Source: Lytechinus pictus (lineage: Eukaryota). From it: DNA of 64,000 nucleotides. Within the stretch, counting starts at the first letter, position 1; each line of letters begins with the position of its first letter. The notes under the pieces were generated by a model. That model had not been told where the DNA came from and did not search any database. It saw only the letters and a list, made by a program, of their open reading frames with translations. The DNA is taken from assembly GCF_037042905.1 (NCBI RefSeq), contig NC_087245.1:19594001-19658000 (forward strand), given 5' to 3'. Shown here one piece after another: positions 13,601 through 27,600 of this stretch. A program made the translations under genes and the position numbers.

Positions 13601-14944
13601 AAACATGCAGCTAATGTGCTAGTATTATCATTACAACTAAAATAAAATGCTTAAATCATATTCACTTTATTCTCATTTGTATGAATCTTACACAATGACC
13701 ATCATTTTTTTAGTCAAACTAATCTTATTCCGTAATGAAAGTCATGAATATTGTAAATTTATAAAGACAATAAATGTTAAAAAAATGAAACAAGAATGGT
13801 ATACATCATTTTTATCAAAGTGGTCAATATCCAACTACGACAAGCAAATGCGCAGTCAATTCTAACGACACAATACATTCTGGATACAACTGGAGTAGTT
13901 CCACTATAAACAAAGGTGACTATTATAAAGGGGAAGGCTCAAGTGTCTGGCAATGGAGCCACAATGGCACTATCATGTAACTGCACCCAAGATCATACAT
14001 AAATATGACACAACCAATCTGTCATCAGTAGATGAACATGTACCAGCGCATGTACCCCTAAACCTGCTGCATCTGTTGAGAACTTCTGGAAGAGTTTCGC
14101 AGTATCAGGAATCTGATATGTATACACGTTCATAAATTACAAGGGAATGACTATCTGCATGAGACTTGGGTAATCTTGTAAGACAAAGCAATGCAGTTGG
14201 GCTTAGATACGCCACCATACTGCCTGGAAAATGACATGACTAAGTTCATGGTAATCACTGCAACAACATAATGGAAATAATATTTTTCAACATGGAACAC
14301 AGGGTGTATATTTCTTTACCTGGAAGTGCAGTGTACTATACTTAAAGTTTGTGTTAAATTGAATCAAATGTGGATTGAATACCAAAATTATCCAGTTATG
14401 TTTTCCTTCCAATTCACATTATCTGTAAATCTGATCTGTAACCAAACTATACTAAGTCATAACATACTTTTAATAACTTACTCCATGTATTTTGTTACCA
14501 TCCTTTCATGGAACATTAATCAGGTCAAACGTTTCTAATGATGCTCTCCCAAATTTTTCTCTGCACATATCTTCCTAATAATCAATCAGTTTGTTTATTA
14601 TTCAAGCATTATCGACGAAATTGACCAATAAACTTTGTACCTCATTAAGGTTGACTTTACAGAATTATGAAGTTCACTATTTTACTTGACTCTTTGATAA
14701 TCAAATCTATTTAATAATAATAATGAAAACAATGATAATAATAACTGAAAACAATGACAGGTACATGAATTATTATAATACTAACAGTTATAATAAATAT
14801 GATTATCATGTATAGAATGATAATGAGTGTTATCTCTTTCAAGCATACCAAATCAAAAAGATGTATAAAACATCACTCACATAATTATACAAAATGAATA
14901 AACAGAAACACAAAAAAAATCATAAAATAATAAAAATAACTCAC

Positions 14945-14981
14945 CTCTCAGAGTAATCTTCCTCACTGTTAAAACCAAGAC
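14945..14981 (-). other. Candidate 37-nt exon
   Basis: tttttatattcacattacag acceptor and GAG|GTGAGT donor; open in phase 1 (GLGFNSEEDYSE). Confidence 0.45.
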
Positions 14982-16059
14982 CTGTAATGTGAATATAAAA
15001 AGACAATTATTGATAAAATTGTTTTCCTTCATAAATCCGAAGTCATATGCTGAACCATACACTTTATTTCTTACATCAGATCAACATGTCTTATACTAGT
15101 ACTACATTGAAATACATATCAGTTTTTCAAGGATAGATCACATTGGTTTAAAGTTAGAATTGATATAAGAAAGTGATTGTGAAGGAGGTCAAAGCTGTAC
15201 ATCTCTGATACTGAGAAAAGGAACATTTCAAATATAAGGCATGGTGGTATCAAGGATTTTTACATTAATTTTGTTGCAGGGTTGGAGGCACTGCAAATTA
15301 CTCCTCTTCTTGATCTACTGTGGACGGTGAATATCATCCATGTTCATCCTAATCAAACCTAAATGTATTTCGTACTGTTGTCTCATGATAACATTTCACA
15401 CTATTTAATGAGCATGTTCATCTGCAAATCAAAGATTAGGTAGATGTTTCGTTTTGTTTTGCTTTTAATAAAACCATAGGTAATCTAATGGACACTGCAT
15501 ACAGTTTATCTAGAGGACTAATTAAAAGTCTCTGCGAGAGAATTGAAAGAAAAGGTCACACATAGCTTTGCTATGGCTCTGCAGCATAGCTGGCCATGCA
15601 TGGATGCCAAAATCTTCGCGAGTGGAATAGGGTTGTAACTCCATGCTTCATGACAATCATTGCCATAAATTTTTATAATTAAAATGGCCCTTCTTGATTA
15701 ACAACAATAAACAAATTTGAGTATTTTTTCTTATCAATACATTTGCACTTTAATACTAACTATCAAATGAGAGACTGATATGCCTTCAATAAGTGAATTA
15801 ATTGGACAGGATAGACAAAAAAATACAAAAATACAAAACAAAAATAATCTGGATCCTCATATGGAATGCAGAAACACATGTACATTATGTTGTTAAATTT
15901 CTCTGAATTTTGAGAAGTTTTTTTTTTTAATATGTCACTATCCTCTCACATTTCATTAAATCATTCAAAGAAATGAAAGGGTCATGGAAATACTTGAAAA
16001 CCTATTTCTGATGGAATCATTAACCAGTGTTTTATGCCATCTACACCTTATCATATTAA

Positions 16060-16636
16060 AGGTCAAGTCCACTCCAGAAAATGTTGTTTTGAATAAATAG
16101 AGAAAAATCAAAATAGCAGAACACTGAAAATTTCATCAAAATCGGAAGTAAAATAAGAAAGTTATGACATTTTAAAGTTTCACTTATTTTTTAACAAAAC
16201 AGTGATGTGCACAACTCAGCGACATGTGAATAAGACAGAGGATCATGTCCCTCACTCACTATTTTTGTTTTTTATTGTTTGAATTATACATATTTGTCAA
16301 TAAGGACCAACTTGACTGAACCATATAGTATTAAACAATGCCAATTCCACATGTACAGGAAAAATTAATTGTTATTTCACTTGGCAATGAGGAAATTCGA
16401 ATATTTCAAATTTTACATATAATAAAATACAAAGAAAATAGTGAGTGGATGACATCATCAGTCTCCTCATTTGCATACCGACCAAGATGTGCATATAACT
16501 GTTTTGTGAAATTAAGCAAAACTTTATATCAGAACTTTCTTATTTTACAGCCGATTTTGATGAAATTATAAATGTTGTGCTTGTTGGATTTTTCTCTTTT
16601 TATTCAAATCAACTTTGGTAGGGGTGGACTTGTGCT
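16060..16636. mobile_element. Non-autonomous DNA transposon with TTAA TSD (Kolobok-like)
   Basis: ttaa|aggtcaagtccactcc ... ggggtggacttgtgct|ttaa. Confidence 0.8.
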
Positions 16637-17204
16637 TTAAATCTACTAATGCATTTCCTAAATTTTACAAAAGTATTCCAATTGGAGTCACTGCCTTTTT
16701 GCCGCAGCTGCTTCTCCAGCCCAAGATGAATACCATGCCCAGGGCTTGCTTGCACAGTATGCTGACATTTGAATGTCATAAAATGTATGTGACTGGTGCT
16801 CGCTTTTCTGGGGTATCATAGCCAAGGTTCACTTTACACCTTTTAGCTGAGATGGTATCACCAGACAAAACAACCATTAACACCTATGTGATGAAACAGA
16901 TCACCTGTCCCGAGGATAGACACGAGCCACCACCAGTTGAAAGGTGGGTAAATTTTACGCTGGGAACTTTTTAATGCCTGTACCACTCTCTGTCATGTAA
17001 CAAGATGAGAGTAAACTTAAAAGATACTTGGGGGGGGGGATTGGTTTTCAACACATGCAATAACACAAGTTTGAAATGAAGTAAACTTGATCATTGATGT
17101 GATCCTAATAGCTTCATAACGGCTTAGAAGTTTTCAACCTCTCCACAAAATGAGACAAGGGTTTGCTGATCAATTTTGAATAAGTTAAATCCATTTTAAA
17201 TTAA

Positions 17205-17580
17205 AGGTAAAAGACACTACCAGTAGTTGCAGCAAACAATTATTTCATGAGAAAGTCTTTTTAAATCAAGGTTAATTGTCAAAATATTATCATACATCTA
17301 GATCTAGTACATTAATGTAAATTTATCTTTGTAAAATCATGAAATCTTAGCTCAAAATCGATAATTCTGATGAACACTAACACAGAAAAGAATATGTTGG
17401 ACAGTGTATTATTATTGCTTCGAAAAAATACCATTTGATGGAATTCCATGCTTATGTTGCTCATTTCTCAGCAATTACGCATTTTCTCCCAGAGCTATTT
17501 GTTTACACATACAATCACTTTGTTGGTAATTTCATTGGATTCTCTTTTTTGAGATCGTTACCACAACATGGTATTTATCT
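17205..17580. mobile_element. Degenerate TTAA-flanked MITE
   Basis: ttaa|aggtaaa..taccagtagttg ... caacatggtatttatct|ttaa. Confidence 0.55.
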
Positions 17581-19697
17581 TTAACCCACTCTCAGTCTCT
17601 CACAAAAGTAGACTGCAGTTTACCTTTCCAAAAGTTTGGGTACAAAATCAACAAGAAAGTTGAAAGTCAGGAAAAGTCATATGGGAGCTATTGTTAATAA
17701 GTTTACTAGTATTCTATTTCTTTAAGGACCCATTCCAAGACAATGCTGAGTGTCTCCCTTTTTCACTTTACTACTCTTGTCTAAAAAAACACCTCAAGTG
17801 GATCCATTTGAAAATGTTTCTGATTTGAAATATTGGGTGATAACAATCTTAAAGGTATATGTTAAGGGGCAATAAAGTCTGCATACATTCCAAAGTTTTG
17901 ATGCTGGTAGCTTCTTTAGTTGTCCATCATATGAAAAACAATAGGTTGGTTTAAATTTAGATTTTAAGGTCTATAATATACAAATTCTCAAATCTAATTG
18001 TAAGTTTATCCAAAGAAAACAAATTTATATAGGAAAGTACCATGAAAGTTAATCTCCCATCCCCCTTTAAGAAAAAACATTTACAAAGGGAATGACTTTG
18101 CCCTGCATGTATTTCCGTCATGTGTTCGGGTATCAGGCGTAAAGCACATTATCGACTTAGCTCTCTGTGGGTTGACTAAGGTGATGCTGTCAGCTTCCAT
18201 TACTGCTAACAAATCTCAGTTTGATGTGATGTTACAATATGTCATAAACAACAAACCATAGCGTAGGAGGACGGCATGAAATTGAAAAGGCTGATAAAAG
18301 GAATATTTTTAATGAAAATTATAATTTGATGTGCTATATCTTGGACCAATACTGAAATTTTGCCCCCCCCCCCACTCTCTTTCCCCTCCCTCTTTCTTTG
18401 TCTCTGTCTCTCTTTGTCTACCCCTTCCCCATGCTCCCACTCTCACCAAAGGGCTATGGGTAGATGATCATTATCATAATTATTATAATCATGATCATAT
18501 TACTACAATCATTATTACTATTACTGTTATCATTACTATCATTTATATCATGATCACTATTCTTATCATTTGATGCTCTTTAAAATAGTAATCAATATTG
18601 CTCTCATGTGGTTCTTATCATTTGTATTACTTTATCTTTTTAACATTATCATTAGTAGCATTATTATTATTACTATCATTATCATTACTACTGTGTATTA
18701 CTGCTCATATCCATGTAAATAACTGATAATAAAAATATACACCTTGGTTTATCACTTCACTCGTTATCCCCCTTCTTATCTCTCTCTTTATTCAACTACT
18801 CCCCTATACTTTTCCCAACCAGCTCGCTGCACTGCAGTACATTACACAGCCAAGGTACTGGTATGCCAACAATTTGAGTCAATTACCGAAGCCCAAAGGC
18901 TGGGCCCCTCAGGACATGTGTAAAGGTAGGAGGCATGTAGGCATAGTGATTATGGACCTATACTGGGAACTGGTGTAATCCTGTATTTTGGGCTGAAGTA
19001 AAGTACTTGATGACCGTGTGATATAAAAGAAGGATTGTGTCATAACGAATGACTTACAGACCTTTGCAGTCACAATGGAATGAGATATATATCATCAATA
19101 CCGCAATATATGACACAGATCAGGCCTTAACATTCCAAAGATATGGTCATTATCATTGGCAGACATAGGGTTAATATCAATGACAAATTCTTGAATCGCA
19201 GTCAGTGTTGATTTCAAATCTTTGAAATTGTGAAAAAGTTAAAGGTAACTATCTTTACAGCATGGCAACTACAATTTAAAATCTTAAAATTCATTTCATG
19301 CAGATAATATCAGTATATACAAAAATGCTGTGAGAAATAGTTTTGAATGTTTTCACTATGTAGATAAACAATTTTTTTAACAAACTTATCAAATAATTTT
19401 TGAAATAGGGGTAATAATTCAACAAAGATTTGAAGGCAGCACAAGGAATGCTAGGCTAATTTTTCTGAATCCTAATTATATTTTAATGACATAAAATATC
19501 TACGAATACTGGCACTAGTTTCACATCTTCATAAGATGTTTCATACATCTAAGGGCCCTGTGACAAGAAAGATACGATCAAACATAAATATTGACTGCAT
19601 CACTTTGTGTAACAGGTCCAAGACTTAAAATGAAATAAGGTTGGACTTATGATACAGGCTACATTTCAAATAATTTCCATTATAGCTGATAAGTATG

Positions 19698-19939
19698 CAG
19701 TGGTGCTTAAAAGTTAATAAACCCCACCGGAAAATGCACTCCTTCATGCTGAGTGTTGGATGTAGACAACAACACTACAATGTCCAGCGAGCCCAGAGAA
19801 ACAAACTATATTGAATGTAATATTTTATCACCTGACTTTACAATTACATATCTAAAAAATTACTGAACCTGAAGTCCTGGACACTTTAAAAAAATTGTCA
19901 TTTCCTGGTTGGGTTTTAAAATACTTTTGAGCACCACTA
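19698..19939. mobile_element. Tc1/mariner-like MITE
   Basis: cagtggtgcttaaaagt ... acttttgagcaccacta|ta TIRs. Confidence 0.7.
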
Positions 19940-20746
19940 TACATGTATATATTAACTAAGTAATGTGTAAAGAAAAATCTCTCCACTGTCTTTTACTCTC
20001 ATGTTACGGTACTCCTCTGCACTAATCTCTCTCTCTCTCTCTATTTTACTCTTCATTTCTTCTTTTTTTAGCCCTCTCCCTCTCACTTTCTTTTCTCTCT
20101 TTCTAGCTTTCTCTTTTTTCACGTGTATATCTTTCTTTCTTTCTTTATTTCCTTCCTTCCTTCCTTTTTACCATTCCTTGTTAAATGTCTACTTGCCCAT
20201 TTTCTCACATTATGTTTCCAATCATCTTATCATCACTTAGATATCAACCCTAAAGTCACATTTCCCTTATCTATTTATCTTGAAATTAAACCCTTACTTC
20301 TTACTTCATTTTCTCATTTACCACTTTTAACAACATGAAGGCAATGTGTTAGTTACACACAAAACAAATTACCAGGGAAAAATAAGGTTGAGCTACTAGC
20401 ATGCACAAAATGTTTAGACTTAACTTCTTCCTAATGGAGGTTTACAATAAAAACCCAAGAAAAAAAATTGAAAGAATTGTGAGTAACCAATTCTCTTTCC
20501 TGCATGAGCATGCATAAGCCAAACATTCTATGTGAAAATGTTTCATTCCAATTTTCTTCTTCTGGCTTATCTCAGGAAATCTGGCTTGTTGCGAGATCCC
20601 TTCTGTAATAGCTATTTTATTCTCTCGAGGATGATCCACCAATCCTAGATTGCCCAAGAGGTAAATCATGCTATCACAATCCTCTCCAAACCTCAGTTAC
20701 ACCAACATACTTAGCCAACACCATAATCAACGGAAGTTGCAAGCTA

Positions 20747-21314
20747 CAATCAAACCTCTCATCCGGAAACATTGGGACCAGCACCAATCCGGATAAGAGA
20801 TTTATCCGGATCTGGGAGACCCAATATTAAATACATGCATCTGCCTCCCTAATGGTAGCTACACGTAATCTAATGTAGTAGGTGTCCACAGACAGTATTC
20901 ACTGCAGCGTCAGTGCAAATTATAGGCGTTTGTTATGGAAATGAAATCGATTAATTACCAAAACTCTTGGATATTTTACCTGCTGAAATGATTGAGGTAT
21001 ACATCGAGCATACCTCAAAATAAAAGAGAGAATGTGATAAAATGGTTGCGCTGCACCCTGATTTACTGGAAAATTATCCTGTCTAAGTTCTTTTGGTGAT
21101 TCCGGTAAGATATTTTCATAAAAAATAATGTGGTTGTAGGTAGACTATATTGGAAAAAAACATGTAATCAAAGTGAGTTTGCTTAGGAATTTTGAGTTTA
21201 GATTGAAATCTCATTTCCCCACGTACTAGATTGAAAAAAAAAAATTTGGCAAGTGTGCATCTGGATAATAGAGAGATCTGGATAAGGGGAGGCCGGATAA
21301 AAGAGGTCAGATTG
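20747..21314. mobile_element. pogo/Tigger-like MITE with TA TSD
   Basis: ta|caatcaaacctctc..atccgg ... ccggataaaagaggtcagattg|ta; repeated subterminal ccggataa motifs. Confidence 0.75.
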
Positions 21315-24300
21315 TACTATTATATATGCTATGGTTCAAAGCTCTTGTAAAACTTCAGTACTAAAATCATAGTAGTTAATCAACTGAGAGTAAATATTTC
21401 ACAAGTACAGTTGTTATTGAAATCATAAAAACAAGACTTAGAGCTTCATTTTAGGTAGAATAGCAAATGATTCAAATCATATGCCGCTTTGAAAAAATTG
21501 ATCTTTGTACTTCTTATGGGTCCATTATCAAGTGGACAATGTTCACAATTACATTAATTTCGATAGAACCATGATTAATGTCGATTTCATATGTCTCACT
21601 GAGACTGTCAGGTTTAGTTGAAAGGTGCCAAATTAGACAAATCATGTCTTCAAATCACCGGAATAAGCATGAAATTAGTTAGTTGCTACTGACAAAAGAT
21701 TGCAACCATTTATATTTTACCCTTGAGTGTGCTCATTCTGTTTGACACACACGAATCCGTAAACCATAAGCTGAATTGAAGTCATGTTGTAGACCCAGGG
21801 CTATAAGATGCCAACAATCTAAGAGATGTTAATGATGTTAATCAATCACATTTCTTTGAAAGATGGTGTCCATAACTGAAATGAGACATTTTTGTTGGAT
21901 TGGGGATTGGTTTGGTTTGGTCTGTGTGACTTGGGGGTTATCAAGGAATAGTAAGGATTCCTTCACACTGTGTGACTCATAAATTCTTGAAGAGGACATT
22001 GCTAACCTCTGCATTCCATCTCAATGCTGGCGGATAGCCATTTTGAACATAACTCCTAGTCAAGGCACCCAGGCATTAAAGGACACATTTGCAAGAGACA
22101 TTCGACTGCACAAAAAAAAAATTACCTATTAAAGTTACCTTTAAGAGGTATATAACACAAAAAGTATAGCAGGGAGATGGGATCTCACTGAGTATAGCGT
22201 AATATCATTATCAATCTATAGGGCCTAACGTCAAGTTCTATTCTGAATACCGTGCAAGTTTTGTTCGATATGAATGGCAAGAATAGATTCAATTTGAAAA
22301 AGCAATTATTGTACTGCCATTAATGAAAAATATAAGAAAATATTGATTTAATTGAATTGAATATAAAAAATAAAAGTTTACCTACACTATTGAAAAAAAT
22401 ATTTTTTTCTCTATTCACTTAAATGGTACATCTATCTTTAAAGGCCTCTGAAATCTACACTGTCTCCCAATGCCATTCTTATCATGTTCTGAGTGCAAGT
22501 GTACATCAATTGATCATTTTGACATAAACCCATTGAATAGGTTAAATCATCAACCAAATCCAAAGAGGCTAAGACTACTAACAATCAGTCACGTCCAATT
22601 TATATAATTGTTTGTATAATCTTTAAGGATATCTAGAGTAATCTAATGTTGGATTTGTTTAAACAGAACATAGTCGCATTAATGTTGTAACGTGTTTTTG
22701 ACTCCCAATTACTATCTTGACATATCTCTCAACACATTAATCTGAGGAAGGCAAATTGCTTCTAAATGGAGTTCTCATCCATCATGTCATGATAGCCAGT
22801 CCAATTATTTACATATATCTAATGCATCAAAATCAAGTCATGGTGTGTCATTCCTAATATAAATATTCAACTATTTCATTTTCTTTCTTACTATCCCAGA
22901 AAAAAAAATCACATTTGAGTTCAGATATTTATATTGCCTCAATTTCTTCCATAAAAAAATCACTCTTTTCCCTATTGGAGTTGTTTCTCAAAATCTTTTT
23001 GCATTCTACAATCAATGACCCTTTGAAACCATTTCAAACACTGACTGGCTTGGTGGCCTTATATGGTAGTTTGCATAACTTTCATTGTACTTACTGACTA
23101 TATGTGAGCAATTGTGAAATTTGAGATCACTTCTACTTTTTATATGATCATTTAACTACTATTTATTTTCATTTTCATTATCATTTTCAAAAAGGTCGAT
23201 TCTCAATCTTGCACACAATAAAACCATATAATTTTAATACAGGGGGGCTATAATGGGTTTTAATAATTATTATAATTATTCTAAGGTTATATTAAATATA
23301 ATGCATATCAATAATTGTTAATTAATTAAACTACATTCAAATTGTAATTTAACTAAAGTTAGAAATAGTCAGATCGATCCTTCATCTGATATACATCACA
23401 TCCTGCATGACGTAAATCTCATAGGGGGAAGGCTAAACTGGTACTACAACCACAAGCTGTCAGTCAGATAATGGGGAAAAGAGCTACACCGGTATTGTGA
23501 CCGCAAGCGATACGTCAGGGGTAAACTTGTTCTATTCTAGCACCATCTAACGGGTCTCAAGGCTGACACACCTCATTAGAAGGACCTCTAAAGAATTCTT
23601 CGTGGGTCAATCGATGACATGTTTAGATCCAGCGGATGACAGATATTGCAGAACTGAATGCTGCATTACACGGTGCTGAGACTGCACTGTGATGTTGATT
23701 TTAAGGTGGGGATGGGATGGGTTGGTATATTCCACAATATGTGTGTGGGATGGAGCATGTGAGAGAATTTAACTGTGGGTGTGTTTGTGCGGGTGGATGT
23801 GTGTGTGTGATGCAAATCAAGAAAGGAGTAGTGGAAAAATGTTAATGTTTGTTAAGTAGTTGGAGCATATGTAGGGTAAGATCATGTGTGTAGAGGAAGT
23901 GGATCAGTATATTTGTATTGGTTGATATCTAATCTGGAGTGTATGGGTCAAAAAAGATTTCTCTAAGCTCTTATGCTCATATTAACTATCAATACATTGA
24001 TAAATCACATACACAATGTGCACAGATAACAATGATTAAGAGCCTACACAAAAAACGTAAAGTAAAATAACAAGCAATTCCTTGTAGGTGCTGTAGGCTT
24101 AGGAACTTCTTTTGGTCATTCTTAACATAATAGTGTCAGTCAATTGGTTGGATATACAATTATCTACTAATACGCCACAAAATGGATAACTAGTTTTTCT
24201 TCATTAATTCATAGTATTTTTATAATCCTGGGAACTAAACATAACTTTTCAATATTGGTAGAAAAAAATTGAAACTTTGAATAAAAACTTCGTATATGTA

Positions 24301-24548
24301 GGAATAGAGAAGTTCTGAGAACACACGTTGAATAATACTGTACCAGATCTTTCGTATAACTATGGTGCGATTACATCTTTGCATCTGTGAAGTTGATTCA
24401 ACATTCTTTGGAAGTCATCATGCAAGATTGAATAGTGATTGGTAATTACAAATGATATGTTAAGACAACCTGCACTGTAATAAGACTGTGATTAATCACT
24501 TGGACATGGCTTGTTCAAGGGCAGGCATCACTGTTCAGATCTTACTAC

Positions 24549-24689
24549 CAGGAGAGCATCTCATGGTGTGGTTTGTCATTGATTTTTCACTGGCAACCTT
24601 GCTCTCAGCCAATCAAATGGAAGTATTTCAATATTTTATAACAGCTATCAGTTCAAACGAAGAGAAATCATTTTGTGCAAGGCACCCTG
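24549..24689. mobile_element. Diverged MITE related to 52278-52408
   Basis: Shared ttgctctcagccaatca.atg core and caggagag start. Confidence 0.6.
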
Positions 24690-27600
24690 GGAAACATGCT
24701 ACATTTTCAAAGTCAAGTGACATTGGTCCTCATCCTATATCCTTGTGGTTTCCATTGCTTCAAGAAATCAAGATACAATACCTGAGGCTATTAGCAAATT
24801 TAGAAAACAGTCTTGTATCATTAGAAACATATGTAGGTATATCTGGGTTAATGGTGTCCATTCAAAGGGATCATTTAGTTTTAAATATATATCAGAGTAA
24901 TGTTTTACATCATGCAGCGATTATCTTCTCGAAGATACTTAAACCGTAACAAATAGATTCCAGGCGGATGAGAATGGAAAGGATTATCATGAAAAGGTCA
25001 CCACTAAATCATTATCATCCCACACTTGCCCTAACTTCCAGGTGTGAATTTAGATGTCTAACGTTCAATAAATATATCAAGGGACCAAAATATATTTCCT
25101 ATGTTTAGCAGTTCTTTATGATTCCCCCTGCAATGATATGCTTAACAACAATTTAGACAAAATCAAACTTTTCTATAGTTTTAATGAATATTGCAATAAA
25201 CAACTAATGCCTTAAAACAACAACTGTAGTGACAAGTGGATATTGATGGATCAATTAAATGCTTGATTGCTTAATGGATTAATGAATCATGGACTGGATA
25301 CAATACTTTCCTATAGATGATCTGGCTTTGAAGTTCCCAAAGAGCGTAGGGATTAAGAAATGAAAGTAAGAACATTGATACCTGATATATTCGTAATTAG
25401 GGCTTGCCTTAATCACTCGAGTGAAGAATGAGGAGGTCAAAGACAACAGAGATATGGGAAATTGATTACCACCATTCAATTCGTAGCATGATAGAGTGAT
25501 ATCATCACCCTCAAAGACAACCAAAATACCTTAGCGAATAAAATGCGAGACATTATTGCTTCATAAATCTACCATCATTTACGCAACGGATGAGCAGTAG
25601 GAGTGATGGTCATGACTGGACATAATGACCCAACGTGTGCTGTATAAGATCATTCTTTTCCTCATCATCTTCATTGGCAATGACACAAAGAGAATGGCAT
25701 TTCGGACATCAGCCACCATACGAGTCTAGGGACCAGGCAATTCGTAGAAGGGTCCTAAAGTAGACTGCCCTTCCCTTGAGGCCATTTAATGCCTGAGATA
25801 ATTTTTCATATTGAGGGGCCAAGACCTGATGACCACTCGTATTGATGCTGACAGGTCTAAGTGACTATCAAACGACCTTGACTGATATGAGCTACAAGCT
25901 GATGCCCGAGGAGATTCCACATCAACAGAATTTCCCAAAATAGAGGGGGGGGGGGCAGCCTTGATTTCAGTATGACTATTTATAGAAATATTTCATAATG
26001 AATACAATATTTCATAACATTAAGAAAACATAATTCAGTCTCTACCATTAAAGCCATTACAGCATACATTGCAACTTTGTTCTTAATCTTCCTCTTCAAT
26101 TTGGAAATTGAGAAGGACCTAAGATCTCGTGTGACTTTCAGAAAGGTGGCAGTTCCAGCTTCTGGAGTGCCCATATTACATAAAATGTCACAGAAAAAGG
26201 ACTTAGGGTGTTTGGTGCAAATTGCAAAAGGCAAGTGAAGATATGCAGTTAAGCAATTCTACTACAAGAACAGCAACAATTACAATTTGTTGTATAAGAT
26301 CAGATAAAATTTGCTCTTTTACTCCAAGACGATACAACCCTTCAGGTAAAATAAATGTCATACAACTGAGTAGAAACCTCTTCCAAGTGATGGCATGCAA
26401 GCATAACCCTGTTGCAAAATGACAAATTGAATTATCAGTACTATAAGTTTACATTCATGAGAAATTTGATCATTTGTTTTAAAAAAACTAGTCTTTTAAA
26501 GATATCTTTATTACACATTTTCTCACGTAGAATTACCTACTATAATATCTCAGCTTTGCTCAAGCACATGTACCTAAACTACTGGGTAAAGGATGTGATG
26601 CTTGCATGCATTATTGGACTACATCTACAAATGCATTTAAACAATTGTATTAAGCTTTTCAATGATAGGTCTAAAATCTGATCCATATCAAAGTTACCTC
26701 AACCAGGGAATTATTTCAATTCTAAAATTTCATTAGCAGTTTTGGCATTAAGGAAAAATATTTCAATATTATTTAATTCATTCTTAAAAGAAAATCTGCT
26801 ACACTAATTATGTTTTGTGTAACAATAACTCTTAAATTGCAAAGCATTTTGCAATGGATATCAGGAAACTATTCCTAGACACACAGGTGAAATTGACTGT
26901 AACAACCAAATGAACAAGAGATTACTCATCTAGAGAATAGCAATAGAATCAGATTTCTATTATTCTTCTTCCTGAATTTGATGTCATCATTATGTATATG
27001 TAAATGCATTTTTGGGGGGACATACATATGAAGAAAAGGACGGATGTCTAACTGAGCGATACGCAATCTTTCTACAGGGAGAAGGATGAAGGATTTAAGG
27101 GTATTTTTCAGCGATGCTATGGGTAAGAAAATTTTTGGATTTTCATTTCATCTTTGGGATTCAAAAGCGATCAATTCAAATGTCTTTTCACTCAACTGTT
27201 TACTTTCTTCTACCTGCAATAACTACATGTGGCGTAATAGAAATTGTTGTGGACACAACTTTGATACACCTTTCACTAAGTGCTGGAACCTTATTTTTCC
27301 TTTTACACTAAAATGCACGTTGTGAAGCTTTCTTGTGTTTCAAAGCAAGTGCTGTTGATTAATTTTTGTGAGCAAACAATCTTCACACAACAAAAAATTA
27401 AATTACATCATGCATTAATGGCATGCACTTTTTAAGTTGCACTAATCAAACATTACCTACACAAAATGGCACAAAAACTCTGTTCTATCTTAAACAGAGT
27501 ACTGTTATGGTAACAAGACAAACAAGAACTTAATAATGATAACCAGCACTTTACTTTGTAAATTTTATAGGTCTCAATTTTTGTATAATTTTTCTTGCAC

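Noticed and set aside
24488..24949. 153-aa plus-strand ORF
   Set aside because: Non-ATG start, overlaps a MITE, no recognisable motif
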